From positions 5,394,001 through 5,458,000 of the forward strand of contig OZ176055.1 of assembly GCA_964247055.1 (NCBI GenBank): a stretch of 64,000 nucleotides of DNA, in the 5' to 3' direction. The position numbers and the translations under genes are program-made. Below are positions 23,501 to 35,449 of the stretch, one piece after another. Numbering within the stretch: position 1 is the first letter of the stretch; each line of letters starts with the position of its first letter. The stretch comes from Paragordius varius (Eukaryota; Animalia; Nematomorpha). The notes beneath the pieces were generated by a model, which was not told where the DNA came from, did not search any database, and worked only from the letters and a program-made list of their open reading frames with translations.

Positions 23501-25770
23501 CGGAATGTGTTTTAATTAAAATAAGTCTCGCTTTAATCTCAAATTTTCGTCTAGTTTTGTGTGCCAATCTTTCATTTAACTCATCAGATATTACGGAATC
23601 ACCGAAGGGGATTTTGTGAATAGCTTCGGTTAAAGTTGAATTATTGGACGATGCACTATCAAGATTTAGGGTTGACTCAATAAACGTATCTAGTGCCATT
23701 TCATTGTCTGACGGTTTGAATGGCTCATAATTATCGCAAGTATCGATAGGTTCGGTTTCCATATCATATTCAAATTCGGGGATAACCGTAGCATTTGAAT
23801 TTTGCAATGTAGAATATTTTTTGGAAAGCATCGATGAAAATGTTGTTTTTTGTTGCTCATTACCTTCAGTTAGATGTGAGCCTGTTTTATGTTCTTCTTC
23901 ATATTCATATAGTTTTACATCTTTGTGTTGATTAATAAAAAATGCTGGTGGCGTTTTACCAAACGTTAACATTTTTTCCATCATTGAATAATATTTATCC
24001 TGATTTTTATGGGTCATTTTTTCTTTATAGCTAGTTTGTGTGGTAGTCATTACAGTTTCTACAAAAAATTAAAGTAAGTTTATATATATGTAGAAGAATT
24101 AATAAGTATAATTTTATTAAACCATCTTAAGATTATTGCATGTCCCGTAGCAACAGATTGAGAATATAGGAAAAATAAGACTTACGACTCTAAAATTAAA
24201 TAAAAATGATAGATATCCCATATGTAAACATATTTTCCGAATAAACATTAATTGCCTTATACCATTAAAAACTCAACTTAAACAAATCAACACCTCTTTT
24301 TGCGGAGCATTATAATGCCATGGTTTATGTGGTGTGGAAATCACGTTAGGGCTTTTTAATTAATGACAGTGTTAAATCACTCCAAACTTTATGGTTAAAG
24401 CATTTTTTACAAAGATGTTTTTATTACAACTTTTTGGGTTTCCAAAAACATTAAATCACATCCTTCCTTAAGTAAATCTTATAAAATACGCAGAAACATT
24501 TACAAATTAAATTATTCATCAGACAGGCCAATATTTGGTAACCGAGACTTGATTAATCTGTCAATATATATGCTGAACAATCTAACGTAATAAAAGCTTA
24601 AATGTGTGGCTTATTGATCGCATATTTTTTTAAAATATGTCTATTGGTTATGCATGCAAACGTCTATTACTGGATCGTCAAACATTTGAAAGCACATGAC
24701 ACTCACTATTCGTATTTTCTGTAATCAAGGTTTAATTTGTCCTTATATAAAAGGGAAGTTTTTGACTAACACAATTGTACATAGATTGTAAAAAAAATAA
24801 TTATTTTATGATCTAATTGAATTCGAAAACCAATTATTTTAAACATTTAGGGCGAAAAATAGATTTAAAAAAAATTATTTTTGTGGATTTTGTTTTTTGA
24901 AAAAAAGGCATTTTAAGATGGCCTAAATCAAAAAAGCGAGACGACTATGTTCGGCGCAATCGAAAATAAGTAAACAAAGATAATATTTGAAATTGAATGG
25001 TCCAACACGTTCTCCAGAAAATTGTCTCAAAGATACGATTTTTGTGGACTTTTGTTTTCAAAAAAAACCGTTTTTCACACGGGGTGGGCCCGAACTGGGG
25101 ACCTATTTAAAAAAAAGGCGCAGCTATTGTCGAGGCATTCATTAATGATTATATTTTTTCGAAGTTTGGATTTGAATGGGTCTACCGGTTTTCCGGAAAC
25201 AGATCACAAAGCCAGTATTTTCCATTTTTATAAATATATAGATTAAGCAAAACGATTTGTAAAAAGAATTAAACAATTGTTACCGGTATGTCTATCAGAT
25301 AACTTTGGCGTGTAAGCGTACTTAGATTCATACTTTGGCCATCTCCAATTAGCCTGTTTAATCAATTGTTTCCATTGAGAGGATAATTTATTACTATTAG
25401 AATGGTTATCGATCGATTTATCTCGTTCCGAATTTCGCGAATCAATTAAAACATTTTCTGCTGAAGTATTAGAATAAAGTTGATTGTTATCGTCATAAAA
25501 TACCATAGTAAATTTTTGATAGTCTACATTAAGGGCTCTTATGTTTGAAACAACGCCCTTTGCCATTTTATAAGATTTAAGACGATCATAGTAATATGAG
25601 GTTGAGCTAGTAAGTAACTTTCTGGGACTAGTTGTATACATCAAAGTAAATAAAAATATTGTGCTACAAATTAAGACCAAGTAGAAACACGGGTTTCGAT
25701 TGCCCCAAAACCATTTTTCTATAATAAGAATAATAATAAAATATAAGTGCTGATAAGCATATTTTGTCAT
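20586..25770 (-). CDS. FAM20-family secretory-pathway kinase (Fam20C/Fam20B-like), type II membrane topology
   Basis: Exons 25284-25770 (hydrophobic signal anchor), 22918-24058 (long stem, then GSTIKLIV...FLFKP...ERFQCEILAFHLS), 22690-22799 (FGFNKTPITAGR), ~21760-21975 (GAMIMWLP..LDNPW), ~21270-21520 (LDIVDIAIYDFIIDNIDR...MLDSG), ~21140-21200 (LAPLYQCC) and 20586-~20802 (MRKSTYDRL...HFKAIGRRY). These match Fam20C motifs in order. Confidence 0.88.
20863..21083. mobile_element. Old hAT-like MITE in a FAM20 intron
   Basis: TIR-like ends tagtggtgtagc ... gctacgcctctg and a GC-rich interior. The flanking 8-mers match only 5/8. Confidence 0.5.
22117..22340. mobile_element. Partial hAT (Charlie-like) MITE; related pieces at ~27170-27404 and 32811-~33058
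   Basis: Starts ctctaaag|taggggtggctaacatgcggcccgc. It shares the GCGGCCCGC/GCGGGCC subterminal motif with 8024-8283 and internal sequence with ~27205-27260. The opposite end is degenerate. Confidence 0.5.
24850..25242 (-). mobile_element. Helitron-like element, 5' ~390 bp (short copy of 55819-56220)
   Basis: Reverse complement of 55819-~56220, with similarity ending at A|TCTATATATTTATAAAAATGG, a Helitron-type 5' TC terminus. Confidence 0.6.
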
Positions 25771-27879
25771 ATTTAATTATACAGTAAAAATTTAAAATTA
25801 TATAGATAATTTTTTTTACAATCCTATTTTTTAAAACTTAATTTTTTCCCATAAAAATTATTTGATTAAGATTGTGAAAAACATAATTGATTTTATACCA
25901 ATATGTACAATAATTTATCTTTGCAATTTATAACATAAAAAACAAGTTTTAAAATAATTGAGCGGTCATTTAAAAAATAATTTTTGACCTTATTACATTT
26001 TGTCAAAATTTTTAGTCTATATGAGTTAAAATATATTTAAGTACATATAAAATAAGGGTTAATATATTACTTGAGACTTGCTGCAACCCAGTTTTAACAA
26101 GATGTGCCATTACGAATTTGAAACAATACTATGACATTCGAATAAACCAAATTTTTTGGCGATAAAAATAATTTAGCTTTATTTTGTAATAAAAAAATGC
26201 AAAGTGGGGATATTTACTCAAAGAAGTACATAATTAGTAAATCCTTGTTTTATGTATTGATATATATAAACCTTAATTCCTCATTTCCTATTAATTTTAT
26301 AGATTGATAAATAAATGTGTGTACAGGTATAATACCTTTGGTGTTTAGACTAATACATCTTTCTTATTTTTATTATTAATATTTATGATCGAAGTTTTAA
26401 TAAAATATATAACATTGAATATATGTTATTAACAATAAATAAGTTTATGATTTCCTCAAACAAACAATGAGAAATATAGGTTAAAGCTTGATTTGTAAGA
26501 ATAGAAAGTATATTTTCACCTTAAATAGATTTAAATAAAACAGTTCTGATGCAAATTATAATATCTCCTTTTCCCTTATGGTCATATGTAGAAAATGGAT
26601 ACTATAAATTGATTACACAATGTAAAAAATCGGGGGCATAAAAATATGACATAAAAGTATACATTCGGATAGATAAATGTATTGCAGGTCTTATGTTTGT
26701 TTTGAACTTTACATGTCAGTTGAAAAAATATACTTTGTAATAATTGATGCATATCGATCAAGCATATTATGCTATATAAATATTTTTAGTGATAGCTAGT
26801 TGTTTATAAGGTACATAAAAATATATCACAAACTACATTATAAAAAGCATTATGTTAAATTTTCTGGGCTCAAGAATGTTTTGGAGTCAAACTGACTAGT
26901 TTTTATAAACTTTAAATGCCGTGGCGCTAAAACACAATTTTGCTGAGCGTAGTTTAAGGCTGAAGCATAGTAAAAATAAAAACACCTAGGATATTAAAAA
27001 ACACATATCAATGGAACCGATTCTGCTGAAAATTTCTATTACCTCAAAAATTTTGGACAAAAGATTCGTTTAATATGTATTTTTTTTAAAAAAACACCAG
27101 TTATATTAAGCCCAAAATTCCTATAAAGTATCGAACTATATAAAAAAATTTGTAACTAAAACATTAATGCTCAACACACAGCCCCCCACACTCTCTGTGC
27201 TGCTGGCGAAAAATTTGGCTATCAATAATATACAAAATTATGCTCATAAATCTTATTGATAAGTCTATGTAATTGGCAACAAAGTAGATAAAATTCTCAA
27301 ATATTATTTTGAATAAAATATTTATAAATGCCCATGTATATTTCAAATTGGGCCCGCCGTTTTTTTATGAAATGCGCGCGAATGCAATTGTGTTGGGAAC
27401 CTCTAATTTAACGTATCACATGTAATTCTAGTTGTAACAATTTGTAGAATAAATAAATGAAAAAATTTTATTCAATATTAACTGTGTTGGGCTTTTAGTT
27501 TTTAACCAAACCAAAATAGTTAAACTTAATACTGTCTAATTTAATATGAGATTAGCTCCTTAATGTATATATTACAGAAATCTTACCAAATGCGTATTTT
27601 GAATATTTTTTAGAAGCAGTAATTACTTTATAAAGCAAAACAAATAATTTTCATTAGAAAATCTGAAAAATTATTTAACATAAGGCACGATGTCCATATA
27701 TATATATATATATATGAATCACTAGACAATTGTATTATACAGATATCAAATTTAATTAACATATCCAAAGCCAAAATGAGACTCGTTTTTTAAAATATTG
27801 CTAATGAGTATTAACAAACTGTCGGTTAAAAAGTGCTTATACAATAAAAATTTCAAATCAAACTAAATGCCACTGATTG

Positions 27880-28030
27880 AATGATTTAAAGGAATTGATT
27901 GAAGAGATTCGAAAGGAAAGTTTGAGTTATGGTCTTATGCTTAACCCTAACAAAACGATAATATTATGTACTGGAGAGCCTACAATTATTATTGGTGGAG
28001 TTGAAATAGGAGTAGTTAAACAATTAACGT
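27880..28030 (+). mobile_element. Degenerate LINE (RTE-like) reverse-transcriptase fragment
   Basis: Reads DLKELIEEIRKESLSYGLMLNPNKTIILCTGEPTIIIGGVEIGVVKQ, resembling the post-YADD region of non-LTR RTs (L...L.......GL.IN..KTK.M......I.I.G..IE.V..F). Confidence 0.6.
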
Positions 28031-29085
28031 GACCAAAGCAACACATAATCTAATAATAATCCTAAAGCCAAATACGCTTTGATTATTGGAAAACCATATT
28101 TTTTGTTCAAAGCGTTCATTTAAACACAAATATATGATATTTTGGCCCATCGATACCAGATTGGCTATATATTGTACATGCAAATTATAAAACATTTCGC
28201 ACTATAACATATGGTAAACGTCCACATATTTAGGTTTATATATCATAGCTATGGATTATTGAGATAATTTTCTTTCTAAAGAGATTTTAAACAACATTAA
28301 CTCAAAATACGTTTAATGGATGGTCTTTTATGGACTTTATTTTATAAATAATTTAAAGATATATATTGTGAAAATCCCCATCTCAAACTTAATACCAACA
28401 AACATTAATTTTACAATTTTCGTTAAATGGCTTAAAAACTGGCAAATAAAATAATCCTTTGGTTAATTTTGATTTTGAAATAAATTTGAGTGCCATTTTT
28501 ATGATAAGTAAACCAGTTTCGCTGTTAAAATATCCAACGAATTTTCGATAGACACTGGTAAGAAAGTATTCAATTTTTAAAGAAGGCACTATTAACATAT
28601 TTCTTCGATTTGTTAAAATAAAGGTGTTTACAACATGAGCTAAAGATGATGAATATTTCAAATTACAACGAAATAGTTAGCATAAATTGCAAAATTAATT
28701 TTTGGACTTTAATAAACCTTTTTTATACCCATGTTCCAATTAAAAATATGGGCCTGTTGATCTTCAGTATCAGGGTAAAACCAGGTCAATCTAATTTGAT
28801 AGTTTTCTGCAGGAAGACTCCCCAATCCCCTTCATATTAAATCCTTGACGGGGGCATTGATTAAAAAGCTTGATTTAATCCAAAAATAAAATTTAATTTA
28901 AGCTATATTTAATTTAATTTTTTATCATTATCTTAAAGATTATGATATTCTATTATTTTGTGTTAATATTATCATTATAATTTATGTTTAGGTGTAATAA
29001 ACAGTTTGGAAAAAATGGTTACATGGTAGCATATATCAGTTGATTATGCGGCCGGGTGATTATAAAAATATGTTTATACGAGTGT

Positions 29086-32000
29086 ATGAACAGCAACCCT
29101 TGCAACATTTTATCATTTCAAAATCTCATAAATCTCTTTCTGGACAATAATGGCTTAAAAGAAGATTCAAGTTTGATTTATATTTACATTTTTTGTTAAC
29201 TTTAGTATAAACCAAGATAATTTTTGGTTAAAATTGTTTTTTGAACATGTGCTAGCGAATGCCCATTTGAGCGATGATCTCATCTTTTATGTTGAAAAAC
29301 AATTTGATGTATAAAATTAATTTAATTACCATTCTAATATAATTATATATATTGTTAATTTTTTTAATTAGGTAACCGTTAATGTAATTCGACGCGGATC
29401 TAAAATCAATTGGGAATTATTAAAAAATCCCTATGTTGATTGGGAGGAAACAGTCTATTTAAACTTTATTATGCAACGTTTTGAGTATGATCTCACTTGT
29501 TGCGTATGTGCGAAAATTGGAATGGACATGCAAGTTTTGAAAAAAGTGACTCATGTAATGTTTGATAATTTAAAATATTATATTATGATGGCCATTTTTA
29601 ATATGTTAACATTAAATTAATCTATAAGAGATTTTGTTCGCGGTCTAATTTTTAAAGAGAGCTCTATTGACTATTCTTATATTTAACTTAGTCCGATATT
29701 GAAATTAAGCGGTTGAAATTAATTGCAAAATTTCTTCTTATCTCATTATTCTGGTATTTAAATTTAAATTAAAAAACAATTATATTTGTATAATTAATGT
29801 AAAAACGATTTTGAAATCTTTTGAGTAAATTATTGATGTTATTCTTCCAAATTTTTCATTCAAAGCTTAAATTTCAACCCTTTTGACCCGCGTATTCTGT
29901 ATTGGAATATCTTATATATAATATATTCAAATTATTATTTTATTATTTTAAATATGAATTAATTGATAAATATATTAGTGATTCTGATTCATAACAATTC
30001 TTTGAGGGTATACGAAGCTTTGTTTGATATTTTATTTTAAAATCAATTTTTATATATGGCAAAATTTCGAGATTAAGACCGTTTAGATCAGACCGAATTG
30101 AAATGATTGCGCTATTAAAAATTTAGCAGGAAGGAAGCATCGGCAAAAGTTTAGGACCCACACGATTTTTGATTTTATTAAATGTGAATTTAAAATATTA
30201 TATAAAATCGCCGAAAATAACTAATATCCATTATATGACGGTAAATTGCAATTGTCTTGAGGTCTTAAGATGATATCAGATATTATAAAATGTAAAAAAA
30301 TTGGTAATGCAGAGTTATTGATAGAATTATAATTATATTGTGGATTTTTATTCTCTAATGTTATCATATATTGAAATATTTTTTTTCATTTAGCCAGTAT
30401 ACCCATCACCATCACGCAGGCGCATGGATAAAAAAGGGGAAGAGGAAATAATTACTTATCCCGACATCTTTTTTTCCGTTGATAATTACGATGAAGTATT
30501 TATAAAATTATATATTATAATTTTATAAAAAAATTATCGGTTGTTTGCCTTTAAATGATTTTTTTTAGAGTCGTATAGGATATTTAAAAAATTTACTAGA
30601 TTTCAGTATGTATTTCGGTTTTATGCACAATAATTAACATCTATTTATTTTCTATGATGTTAATGTGAAATAAGCGGTCTATCGCGTGTCCCTTTTTTCT
30701 AATATAGCTAATACTGCAATTTAATGGATTATTAATTTCTATATTGATCAGTTCTAACGTTTTCGTTACAATTTTTTTTCTTAAATTTTGTTTCCGCATC
30801 ATATGGGATATTGTTTTCGTTAATGTTGTTTTTAAAAGTAATTTTAAATTTCATTTAATAAAAGAGCAATAAACATGAACTTTTGTCCATGCGTATTTTA
30901 TAAATACGTATTATATATTTGCATAGAATTTTTCTAAATATTAATAAATAACAATAGTCAATTTGTTATAATTTTAAATGAATTATAAATAAAATCCTAA
31001 ACTTAAATTTTTTACAACTTTTACTTACATTATTTAATTTATAAAAAATGTTATTTTTATTAATTCATATTTTATAAATAACGAGATAAATAGTCCAATA
31101 ATATTACAATCGCTGAGTATTCACGAAATATAAAAAAGGATAATTTTGTAGTTTTTTTTTATTTTTATAGATTAATATTTTTGATTATTTGGGCCATATA
31201 AGTATCCCTTCTAAATTAATATTTAAAATTATTATATAATTATCAAGCTTTTTAGATCAATGTCCTTACGTGAACATGAATTCATTTGTATCGAACTTGT
31301 TTGTCGAACAAAAAGCGGACAGTTAAATATACTATCTGATCATTGTTTAAATGATAATGAAAATACTTTATCAAAGTTTTTTGAAGTATCAAAAAGTCCT
31401 CAACCAAAAGCGGTGACAAATAACATTCTTTTGTTTTCTGGATCTCTTAAATTCCATACCCTTAGGGAATGTCATCAAACCAAAGTCAGTAGTATGCTTA
31501 AGTGTATAATCAGATTTTCAAAAAATAAATAATATGCCAATTTATATATGGTTGATAATTCTATGATTATGCTTTAAATTTACATTTACAGTTAAAAACC
31601 TCTTAATTTTATTTTTGTTATATAGATCAATTAAAGGATTTATTTGTTACTTCAAGGTTTACAAAGAGAATCGTTTACTCCTTGAACGCTTTACTAGTCC
31701 ATTAGATATTGCTTTTGATCCGGTACTTTCACCTACACAATCATTCGCATATTACAAAGATAATTATACAATGCATTTATCCAAAAACAATCAGATGTAT
31801 GATGAAAGTAGGCGCAACAAATTAATTAATTCAAACGATGCTCACTCTGATAATACAGACTCGAGCAAACATATTACAAAACGCTTAAAAATTCCATCTT
31901 TTATGATCAACAATTTCAATAAAGTTCAGTTTGTACGTATGCACACACCTGATGGTCTGGGTATAAACTTATCCATAATTAAAGCATTTATATAGTTTTC

Positions 32001-32375
32001 CCAAATTTTTAAATCAAAATCCATATCGTTGTTATTAAATATCCAACGTTTCAAATGTGGGTAGTTTTACTAATTTACTCACAGAAAATTATATATAATT
32101 TGCTAGGAAGTATTTCCATATTTTTTTGTTAATAATTTACCCAATTAGGTCAAGCTGAGCTAGCTATATCATTCAATTCAAGCAATTCTCCAAATAATAC
32201 CACTTCCAACGGGAAAAGATGGAAGAAACTGTTTAGCATGAATTCCGGTAATATCGAACTTCACGATTCTATCAACCAAAAAGAAAATAATACTCATAAT
32301 TTATACTCGTATAATGGGAGAAAGCGTTTCAGTAGCCAACCTAGCAGTCCAACTCTCAAAATGTTTGAAGGTTAG
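29086..32375 (+). CDS. KIAA0930: KIAA0930-like conserved uncharacterised protein (multi-exon; first and last exon boundaries uncertain)
   Basis: Exons ~29206-29309 (NFWLKLF...DDLIFYV), 29372-29554 (VDWEETVYLNFIMQRFEYDLTCCVC), 30394-30495 (VYPSPSRRRMDKKGEEEIITYPDIFFSVDNYDE), ~31250-31480 (ICIELV...LFSGSLKFHTL), ~31657-31960 (QFVRMHTPDGLG) and ~32149 onward (GQAELAI). These are co-linear with KIAA0930 motifs. Confidence 0.85.
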
Positions 32376-35300
32376 CTTTTGTTAAATTAAATCAATACAT
32401 ATATCTAAGAATAAATTTTATTTTAATTTTGGTATCTCTCTAATACATTGCGCATATTAGATATTTTATCTTTAGGGTCATTGATATGTTTACTTGTTAC
32501 AAACACTGTTTTAATAAATGGTTTTTAATATGCATATTTTCGAAAATGTAGGTCCTGTACGCTTTATATTTACATGATTTTGCTACTATTTGTTCTAATA
32601 AATAAAAAATAAAAAATGCTATTAATTTTGTTGATTTTATATAGTGATTTGTTAAATAAAGGCGCAATAAGTAGTAGCATGTGTCTTTGGCCGAATATTT
32701 TTCATATTTTTAACAATAATATCTAATTTACGTTTTACCGATATTAATTTATTAGATCAAAAATCGCATTGATAGTTTACTAGTGTATATGAACCCTTTA
32801 TCGTGTAGATCAGGGGTGGCCAAAACAGATGGCTTTGTGGGCTGCATTTCGGGGTCAAAAAATCCGATGGGCATTAATAAACATTTATTATATTTCAAAC
32901 ATTATCCTCGAAAACATTTTTTTCTAGTTCATTGCCGAAATTTGAAAAAACTTAGTTTCGTAAAATCAATTTTACCTGGATTACTTATATATATTTGAAA
33001 TTTCTCGCGGGCTGCAAAACTTTTTTAAAGTACCGCATGTGGCCTGCGGGCCGTGTGTTTAAAAATTTATTAACGAGATATAATCCATGCTTAACCGTTA
33101 AAATATTCGTGTTATAATATTTACAAAATATTTTCTCTTTATAACATGTCTCGCAATCAGGCTTACTCAACATTATTTTTTCGATAATTTTTGAGTTTAG
33201 GGTGGAAGAACATTAAGTTAATATAAAGCCTATATAGATATATATAATTATTAGGAAACTTACCGATATCTGGGAACAACAATTTGAATAAAAGAATGTC
33301 AGAATCCCTCCAAAATATTATAAAATTGTTTAATAAACATATTGATAATGGCGAGATGCGTGATATTGATCTTTCCAATATTTCAGGTTTATTTTGTTTT
33401 TTTTTCCATTAAATACATAACACTAGTCGACAAATTTGGACATTTTTAAGCACCACCACTCAAACTTTTTAAATTATGACTAATTTCAGTGTTTTAAAAC
33501 CGAATTTGAAAAAAATTTTGATCCCGCCAATCAGAATTTTGAAATTTTATAGGTTTTTCAATTTTTCAAAAACAATAGAAAATCGAGAGAAAATTAAATA
33601 TAACTTTATAATAAAATGTTATTATATTATAAACTTAATATCATTAAATAAAGCGTTTTAAACTCTATCTTTTGAATATAAATATGTCATTTAAATATCA
33701 GAGAGAAAAAAATAGTACGGACTTAAACGTCAAAATTTAGTCTTTTTTTTCAAGTAAATTTTTAACACAAATAAAATTTTTTAAAAAAATACTAAAAAAG
33801 GCATTCTATGGTTTAAACTTTCGGCGTTCAGATAGGCTATATTTTTTTGTTAGATTTCGTTCTTTCGAGTACTTATTAGACTTTTTCTCTTGAGTTGGTT
33901 CTTATAAAAAATCCTTTATTTATACCTAGTGGATGTACCTTATTTTTTAAAAATTATTGGTTGTTTTGTATTTTGAATTTCAGATGGATGTTGTGTAGCC
34001 ACTTTTAGTAGAATTTACTGTTATGGGGTTGGACCATTTGTATTTACCTAATTTATATTCAATTTAATTGAATTTATCTAACTTTATTCTGTAAATTGGT
34101 TAATTTGCCATGTCAATTTGCCACGATTTTGCTTGCAAGTCTCTCTTATCGGACTTTACGATTACTTATTGTTATCTTTGCCATATCTGGCATAATTATA
34201 GGATCGCTTGGGGGATATGCAGAGCTTGTGCAGCCGCCCATATCTATCACACTATACATAAGCCCCTTTTAGATTTTTAATATTTTGGCTCTTAGCTTGT
34301 TTAGTATCTTATTTAATGCCTAGAATTTGTTATCCATGCATGGAATATTACTTGTATCGACTTAATTGTTTGAATATTTAAACATATGTACACGAAGAAT
34401 GATTGTTATTTTTGAATTAAATACAAATTTAAAAATTAAATTTTGGAAAAATCCTATTGGTGGCCTCAATTTTCTTTTTTGTTTTGGCCTTTCCATGCCA
34501 TTAGGTATCAGAAAATGCAAAAATATTGGGGTGGTGCAAAACCTTGTTGAGCAGTGTAATACATCAGGATTTTATTAATTTTTAAAATAAATAATTATAG
34601 ACACTACACACGGTTACAAAAAATGTCAATCGGATATTGAGGATTATGACACAATCGACTTGAATCACAACATTGATAAACGATTGAATTCGAGACATTA
34701 TTCAATTGGACACATTCCAGAAAGTATATATAGACAAAACGCAAAAACCATTTTTTATAAGTCAGCCATATTTTATCCGATTTTTTAAATACAACTCATC
34801 CGGGTTGCTAAATAGATACTAAAGATTTAAATTGTTAAAATACCAATTATATAATTTAAAGTTTTAGTTAAGTTAGTTTATGTGGGATAATCTAGGTTTT
34901 TAAAAGTATGGTTGTCTTTTTAAAAAAATATTTGTCTCTTAGTTTTTATCTTTGGTCTATATAATTTCAATATTTACTGATAACATATAACGATCTTTTT
35001 TCTAAAAATGTAATTTTAAAATACCTTAGATTGCATTCGAAAAAATATATCCCTTCCATTTAATAAAATAAAATCGAGATCATCTACTGTTCACAACAAA
35101 GATCAATCTTATATAAAACCACCAAAACTTCTTATCGATGCCAAAGTTACATACATAATGTTACCGCTTAAAAGTATTATTCAAAGTAAACTATTCAGTA
35201 ATATTTTTGATGCACCTTTACATATGTGATAATCGATTTGAATGTCGGCATTTTGAATCGAAATTTTTAAATAAACTCCATATGTCAACTTGTGTTATAA

Positions 35301-35449
35301 CAGTCTCAAAGTTAATATCTAATTTTACAAATTTAATCTAAAAAATAAGATATAGAGTCTAATAATGTATTTAACTTAAAATTGTTTTTCTGTTTTTGAA
35401 ATTTTTAAAATTGAATTACATAGAATTATTAAAACTTGAATATATACCA

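Noticed and set aside
23059-23619. Plus-strand ORFs 23059..23259 and 23338..23619
   Set aside because: Antisense to the large FAM20 exon; no independent motifs.
28646-28840. ORF 28646..28840 as the first exon of KIAA0930
   Set aside because: The conserved FW...DDLIFYV block is better matched at ~29206-29309. The start remains uncertain, with 29086 preferred.
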